Source: Octopus sinensis
Taxonomy: Eukaryota
Assembly: GCF_006345805.1 (NCBI RefSeq)
Contig: NC_043007.1
Coordinates: 40,610,001-40,674,000, forward strand
Reading direction: 5' to 3'
DNA: 64,000 bases
The stretch's first letter is position 1. Each line of letters begins with the position of its first letter. The position numbers were made by a program, and so were the translations under genes. Positions 1-64,000 of this stretch are shown here, one piece after another. The notes beneath the pieces were generated by a model. It had not been told where the DNA came from and ran no database searches. It worked only from the letters and a program-made list of their open reading frames with translations.

Positions 1-860
1 TGATGTATCAAGAAGTTCCGGTCTGCTGACTTTACTCTTGAAAATCAGCTCCGTGGTTGACCTGAGACCAAAATGTATAATGATCTGCTGGAAACTGTAG
101 TAGAAGCAGATACATCTCAAACTACGCGTGAGTTAGCAGCAAGGTTTGATGTTTAAATTCCAACTGTATTGGACCATCTAAAACAAATCAGTAGAGTAAA
201 GAAGCTGGACAAGTGGGCACAACATGAACTGAACAAACATCAAATGACATGTCATCTTGAAACTTGCTGTTCTTTGCTGTCACGGCATAAAAGTGAGCCA
301 TTTTTGCATCGTACTCTGACGTGTGATGAAAACCGAATTCACTTCAACAATAGCAAGCATTCTGCATGGTGGTTGGATAGAAGCGAAATGCCAAAACACA
401 ATCCAAAAAACAATATTCACCAAAGAAAGCTAATGGAGTCTGTTTGGTGGTCCAGTGCAGGTGTCATCTACTACAGCTTCATGAGACCTGGTAACTTAAT
501 TTCAGTTGATGTATACATCAACCAATTGGATGAAATTATGAGTGAACTTGAAATTAAACAACCGAGATTGGTCAATAGAGACAGGCCAATTCTCTTGTAT
601 GACAATGCTCGAACACATGTTGCACAAAGAACGCAACTCAAGTTACAGGAACTGAACTTGGAAGTACTCTGTCATCCACCATATTCACCAAACCTTACAC
701 CAACTGACCATCATATTTTCCAGGTATTAGACAACTTTTTGCAAGGAAAAAACTTCAAATCTGAAGATGCAAAAACAGCCTTTCGTGATTTCATCACCTC
801 TTGCTCTCCAGAATTCTTCGCTGCCGGCATAAATATGCAATAGGTAAAATGGCAAAATTT
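1..860 (+). mobile_element. Degraded mariner (DD34D) transposase, truncated at the window edge
   Basis: ORF 169-843 has TCDE, LYDNARTH and HPPYSPNLTPTD motifs. The same frame upstream reads TTRELAARFDV (HTH) with stops at 58-60 and 154-156. Confidence 0.92.
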
Positions 861-1757
861 AGTGAAAGTGAAAAAAACGAAACTCGTCAATAAGACATTT
901 TAGCAAAAAATGATGGATTTGTATAGCGATAGACAGCAACGGAATTTTCTTTCATGGGGTTTCTTTTCTTTTCCAGATTATTTCGCATGCATTCAACGAA
1001 CGTGACATCGAAATCACGCGTAAACGGCCCCTTTCCACAGAAAAGAAAATATTTAACTATTTCTTTCACGCCCTGCTGCCACGTAACCGGTATTTCGGGT
1101 CCTTTATTGCAAATAGCTGTTACATGGTAGCTGGGTGAGCAAAAAGTAACAGCCATAAATTTGGAGGCGAGATACGTTGAATGCACCTGAAAAAAAAGCT
1201 AATGAGAAAAAATATTTCACACCGAAGTTACGAACGGGTCTTTTACGAAATATTTACGGTATTTTTTAAGTCATTTTCACTTTAAAATATTTCTTGAATA
1301 TGCCAAAAAGTTTTGTAATAGCATTCACTTGAAAATAATTTTTAAAAACATTGAAATATTGTCTGTTTAAAGAAAGCTAAAATATGAATACTTACTGTAC
1401 AAACAACTTACATTTTTGAAATCACATTCACTTAAAAAGATTTGTAAATGATTAAAATACTGTTTAGCAAAAGCGAAAATAGAAACATTTTGCTGTAAAA
1501 AAAATTCGTATTTTTTCATTGTCAATCATTGTGTCTTATCGAAAGGTAAGAGTTTCTTCCCTTTCAAGATTAAATTATCCACGCGGATTGGAAATTTTTG
1601 TTGAGGGCTTATATGCCCCTTTATTAGACCATTTTCCTTAGTCAGTGCACGGTGATCGCCATAAAATTTAAGCTTGTATAAAAATACCATTGTTATTATT
1701 TGCAGGATTGTAAAAACGGTGCCGTATAAAAAATCACTCGCACCGAAAGAATATATG

Positions 1758-1883
<126 letters not shown>

Positions 1884-2124
1884 AACAACCATCATAATTT
1901 ATGCGTCTCGAAACATGCCGATAGAAATTTCTAAAAAATTTCTTTATAACCGTATTGGTCCCAATTTCGGGATTAATTCATAAGAATTTTCCCCTCGTCA
2001 GCGATTAATACGTAAGACATAAATGGAATACTTATTCATACCCACGGAAAAAGAAAGCACTAAGTCCTGAGTACCCCAAATATATCCAAAATAGAAAATC
2101 TTCAGCACATCTCGAGAAACGTGT

Positions 2125-2760
2125 AATTCGATCTAGAAACTTTCATATAGTGAGAGAATCCGGAAGTGAACACTATTAAATTTAAAGTATCTTCCGACTT
2201 CTGTACTTGTAGAGGTCCCATAGACGTTATCCAAAGTGAAACCATCCAGAACCTTTGTCACAGCTACCTATATTTTCCCATTCAGCTTGGGTAACAACCA
2301 AAAGTGTCAGGGAACAAAATTTGAACTGCCAACTGGATGGGGACCAGTGTTCATACCCATCTTTGTATTTGGTTACTAGGACAGAATTGTAGACTGGTGC
2401 TCTGGCCCTTAGCGATGAAATCTCTTCTTGAACTCCCTCTGTCTGACCAGAGAGATTCCAGTGGATATCGATGATGCTATTGTTGTCGAAAAAGGGGATC
2501 ACCACGAGCCTCCCGGGGTGCTTGCTTTCCCTGGTCTATTGTGCCAGTGAAAAGCAGACGCTTAGCTCATGCAGTCTGGAACATTTCATAAGTTTCTTCA
2601 GCGTTTTTGCTTAGTTTGACATAAAATTTAATTGCATTACAATCTTCCAAATTGTCCCGACTCCATTCAGAAAACTACTCGGCTGTGACAAGCAACATTT
2701 ATCTGGATGTGTTGGGAGTGCTTTCACAGTCGTATCCTTCAATGTGGAATAACAAGAGTT
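2125..2760 (-). mobile_element. Internally deleted mariner remnant
   Basis: Minus-strand pieces NAIKFYVKLSKNAEETYEMFQTA, MVIPFFD, APVYNSVLVT..KMGMNTGPHP and HFWLLPKL match mariner N-terminal, catalytic and C-terminal motifs. Confidence 0.75.
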
Positions 2761-3329
2761 GGCAGGTCAGCTTATTTGATGTATCGTACTGACATTTTAA
2801 AATCGCAACAATCTAGGATATTTATTTCTGCCTCTCCTAAAAGTTTTCAAATCCTCCGGAATTCACCTCGTATTCAAAATGCAATATATTTCCTAAACAA
2901 TTTCCTTCGTTATTGGCAAGAAATTTTCGAATTAGTAAGTCATTAAAACATAATGATGTACTAAAGTCGAAATAACATACCACAATTGCAGTCCATCCCA
3001 CAAACAGGAAGTAAAATCATATTAAATTTAATCGTATGTATTTTCCGATTTTGTTCATTTAATGGTGAATGGATGTATGTAGTGTAAGCAGATCAGTTTA
3101 TGAGAATGAGGCTGTGATGGAGAAATGCACATTTTCAGCCTTTTTCTTTCCATGTTGACTATTTAATTAAAAAAAATGAGAAAAAGGCTAGTTATTGAGA
3201 AAAGCCAACGATAGTGGGGAAAAGAAAGACAAACAACTGGTTGATTTATTGAGTGATTTACCGATTAATTAAACAAGAATTCGATTAGTTGGTTAAATTA
3301 CTAACCTGCTGACAAGTAAGAAGGAAATG

Positions 3330-3705
3330 AAAATGAACCAGTGTGTGTGTGTTTATTATTGGTGTAATGACCCTCACAAGATACGATGAAAAATTTATTG
3401 TTCCTGGACAAGATATCTCAAGAACCGCTGGATGGATTCGGATAAAACCTTCAGGGATGTTTGGCTTCGTGCCTGGCACGAACTGATTAGATTATGGGAT
3501 CGATCCGGTATCGGAAAAAGATTCTGGATTATTTTTCTTATCAATTTGCTTAATTTTTGAGAGCGGTCGGGTTCATTGTTAGTATTCTCGTTTATTGTCG
3601 AGTTTATTTGAGATATTTTCATTTAAAAACTCATCTCTGGCTTAATTGTTGAGAGGACGTTGGTGTCGCCTTGGCGGAGGTTTGCGTTCTCTGATTGCTC
3701 TTGTT
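3330..3705. mobile_element. Non-autonomous Helentron/HINE-like repeat
   Basis: Contains gatatctcaagaaccgctggatggatt and ends ccttggcggaggtttgcgttctctgattgctcttgtt, resembling HINE-type ends; boundaries approximate. Confidence 0.45.
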
Positions 3706-4250
3706 AATATTGTTCTTTCACTTTTTCTATCACTTGACGCATATGCTTCGCTGAATTAACTACTGTTTGCTCAGTCAAAACTTTTCCAATATGACCAACA
3801 ACAGATGCTAAATAGTGAAAGGTAACATACAAGTTGCTATGAACAGAGCCATCGCTTCAAAATCACAAATTATTCACAATTAAAATACACACGCCCCATG
3901 CAACAAAGGCGTAAACTTGCTACCCACTTTATTATTATCAAAATTATTATTAATAGCGCTTATAATACTTATGCAATTTTAAATAAAACTGGCTCACGAT
4001 CGATAAGTTCGTCTTAAGTATCGCGGGAGCATTCAAATGTAAGAACGCACACGCTGTAATGTAATGAATATTTCATAAATAGATGTTGTAACGTTAAGTT
4101 TGCCTGATGAGATTAAGTACGATTTTTCATACAGAAAGCGAAATCAATTGATCCTGAGATATGCGCATTACTTACTTCTGTATTTCACGCAAGGTAAGCC
4201 GCCTGTTTCTGTTATGTTTATTGCATTTGGCGTGTGTATTTTAATTACTC

Positions 4251-5017
4251 TTATACTTGTTTCAGTCATTTGACTGTGGCCATGCTGAAGCACCGCCTTT
4301 AGTCGAATAAATCTTTGTAAGCTTAGTACTTATTCTATCGATCTATTTTGCCGAACCGCTAGCTTACGGGGACGTACACACACATACATTCCATAAATAC
4401 ATACATATATGTATATATATATATATACATACAGGAGTGGCTGTGTGGTAAGTAGCTTGCTAACCAACCACATGGTTCCGGGTTCAGTCCCACTGCGTGG
4501 CATCTTGGGCGAGTGTCTTCTGCTATAGCCCTGGGCCGACCAATGCCTTGTGAGTGGATTTGGTAGACGGAAACTGAAAGAAGCCTGTCGTATATATGTA
4601 TATATATATATGTGTGTGTGTTTGTGTGTCTGTGTTTGTCCCCCTAGCATTGCTTGACAACCGATGCTGGTGTGTTTACGTCCCCGTTACTTAGCGGTTC
4701 GGCAAAAAAGAGACCGATAGAATAAGTACTGGGTTTACAAAGAATAAGTCCCGGGGTCGATTTGCTCGACTAAAGGCGGTGCTCCAGCATGGTCGCAGTC
4801 AAATGACTGAAACAAGTAAAAGAGTAAAGAGTAAAGAGTATATATATATGTACATATATACGACAGGCTTCTTTCAGTTTCCGCCTACCAAATCCACTTG
4901 CAAGGCTTTGGTCGCCCCGAGGCTATAGTAGAAGGTACTTGCCCAAGGTGTCACGCAGTGGGACTGAACCCGGAATTATGTGGTCGGTAAACAAGCTACT
5001 TACCACACAGCAACTCC
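4251..5017 (-). mobile_element. tRNA-derived SINE family A, older copy split in two (4251-4400 and 4845-5017)
   Basis: The 3' half and 5' half of the same family flank a plus-strand copy. Confidence 0.85.
4433..4840 (+). mobile_element. Full-length tRNA-derived SINE family A
   Basis: A-box tggctgtgtggt, B-box ggttcagtccc, central TA/TG microsatellite, (aagagta)n tail. Further copies at 20583-20975(-), 34620-34900(-), 36420-36720(-), 37115-37280(-), 49660-49960(+), 54715-55030(+). Confidence 0.9.
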
Positions 5018-5437
5018 TAATTTGTTGTTTCGGAGGATGGCTCTGTTTATAGCAAGTGGTATGCTTTGTATTTTGAATTTTGTATTCAAATATGAATTAA
5101 ATTCAAAATTTTATTGTATTTTGAATTTAGTTCATATTTTACCTGTTAAAGTGTAAATTTGCTAACCACTTTATTATTACCAAAATTAGTATTAATAACG
5201 GTAATAATACTTATTTAATTTAGAATTTATATAAATATAAATTAGAAATGGAAACCAAAATAATAAATTGTACAATCAAATTAATTAATCATTAAATGAT
5301 AAATTCAATTCAATTTTATTATTTTATACAAAGAACTGACACATCTTGTAAATTACAGCTGTTTCAACACCATTAATAAAGACAAGTTTTTCAAGAATAA
5401 TAAAATACCGTTTATATATAAGTTTTCATCAGATAGA

Positions 5438-5493
<56 letters not shown>

Positions 5494-5849
5494 TATGTGT
5501 GTGCATCTGTGTGTATGTATAATGGGTATGGAATCTAGTACAAGAAATCCACAAAGAAATATCTTGAGAGGAAACCATTAAACAGGAATAACGTGTTCCA
5601 AATGTGATCCTTCGATAATAGGATATCAACATAAGGGAAGAATAATATGTGACCCAGATAATCATAAGAGTACTAGGCATAGTAACTGGTCATTCTTTTG
5701 GGTTTAACTAACAAAAACCAAAATAAAAGAGCTAAAAATATATGCCGGAAAATGAAGCAAAGCGTGAGAAGAAAATTGAACATAAATAGTGAGGAGATAA
5801 AATATAGCGTATACTTCATATGTCCTCAAAAACTCTGAGAATCAAGAGG

Positions 5850-6050
5850 ATTGAAATGTGGAACATTAAATGTTATTTCTGCTGATGTTGGATCTCCTCA
5901 ACAGCATCTAGCTTCTTTCTAATTTTGACAACATAGGATCGGGTACACATTTAGGAAGCAAGCTATCTCTGCATCACTATACTTCCCTTTTAAGGCAACG
6001 ATTACACCATGATTTTAATTTGCTGAGCTAACATGGTGCATGACTTTATT
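5850..6050 (-). mobile_element. Possible 5' fragment of a Tc1/mariner-superfamily transposase
   Basis: Minus-strand VALKGKYSDAEIACFLNV..YVVKIRKKLD resembles the N-terminal HTH of maT/DD37D-like elements; frameshifted. Confidence 0.4.
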
Positions 6051-6128
6051 ATCTGAAAGGTAAAGTAAAAAAAAAGTTAGAAGTGTTAGAGCTCTTCAAA
6101 GTGATAATCCTCAAAACACTGATGCAAC

Positions 6129-6200
<72 letters not shown>

Positions 6201-6340
6201 TGGTAAAGTAGGAATTCTCTGATGTTTTTTCGGCTGACGAGTACGAGCCATCTGTATTTACTGCATTTTTGTAGCGTATTAAAGATGTCCTCGTACGAAA
6301 CAATTGTAACGAGATTTTAATACATTCTTGTTCTTTTTTT

Positions 6341-6380
<40 letters not shown>

Positions 6381-6421
6381 AACACACACAACACACACAC
6401 ACAAATACACACACTCACACA

Positions 6422-6476
<55 letters not shown>

Positions 6477-6836
6477 GATATCTTCAACGTCAATAATATT
6501 GATAGTGACTTCGGGGTGTGTGGAGCTCTGTTGAATGATACTTAGGTTGTAGGGTAAGTTCTGCTGAAGAGTTATTAACAATTCTACTGATTAAATTTAG
6601 GGTTTAATTACATTTTTTGGTTCAGAATGTATTCATGCATATAGAACTATGCAATCTGGTGTGTATATTTAGGTGTGTCAACTTCAGGTCATGGGATTGA
6701 TTTTGGGGGGTTCACAATAGACTATAGTGAAATGGAATGCGTTGAGTTGGACTGTAAAACATCATCCCAACACACACTTCATGTTTTGAATTTTTAATGA
6801 ATTTAATCTTGCTGTCTAAGACCCTCTCAAATATTT

Positions 6837-63387
<56,551 letters not shown>

Positions 63388-63933
63388 ACTGTTTTACTTT
63401 CTTCAATAATTATATTCCAAGGTTATATAATATATAAATTCCAGTTTCTCTAATTGTCTGCTTAACACACACACACACACACCACACACACACACACACA
63501 CACAAACATAACACACACACACGCTCACTCTCACACTCTATATCTTTCTCTCCCCACTAAGTTAAATAAACAACTACACACATATACATGCATAATAATG
63601 CACCAAGCACATGGTTTCATGCTCTCCAAGTTCAATTACTTAAACATTAGTGCCAGTCGACTTCTAATACAAACTTCTCTCATTCTAGCTTTTACATAGT
63701 CGATGTTGCAGTGAGCCAAGTGTGGAAGGAGCAACATGGTAGCTATGACTGTTGCCATTAATCCGGAGTTAAAATCGTTAAACGACATCATAACGCAAGC
63801 TCCCAAATCAAACACGTTTGTCAGTGATAGCTAAGCTTATTTCAATGTGTCGTAGTCTGCCTGTATGTCTGTACCTGTTTTTATCCCTCTTTCTATCCCT
63901 CTTTATCTCTCTCCGTACAGATATAAATATATG

Positions 63934-64000
<67 letters not shown>

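Noticed and set aside
887-1745. 99-aa minus ORF and possible transposon ends (cacggtg, cactcgcaccg)
   Set aside because: No matching TIR pair or protein motif could be established.
6198-6340. Open minus-strand stretch between two TA runs as an extra exon
   Set aside because: It lies beyond the SLC22 stop, lacks splice sites and has no homology.

Overview
AT-rich, microsatellite- and transposon-dense animal genomic DNA. It is probably octopus/coleoid cephalopod, inferred only from the SINE, Penelope and Dong repeat families. One complete host gene spans the window on the minus strand: an SLC22-family (organic ion, MFS) transporter, 63387 to 6837, 566 aa. I reconstructed it exon by exon, with GT-AG boundaries and matching phases throughout. 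Its extracellular-loop exon 2 is present twice (57547-57755 and 40446-40654); both copies are intact, and including both breaks the frame. The introns hold mariner, Tc1 and DD41D DNA transposons, Helitrons, a Penelope-like element, a near full-length CR1 LINE, a nest of Dong/R4 LINEs in (TAA)n, four tRNA-SINE families and many inverted repeats. The most unexpected signal is about a dozen minimal type I hammerhead-ribozyme motifs in small elements sitting in (TA)n microsatellites. Four different elements carry the compensatory U3:A8 core (UUGANAA), one sits in a 344-bp tandem retrozyme-like repeat, and one lies at the apex of a ~160-bp hairpin. All structures were read by eye and none were computed.
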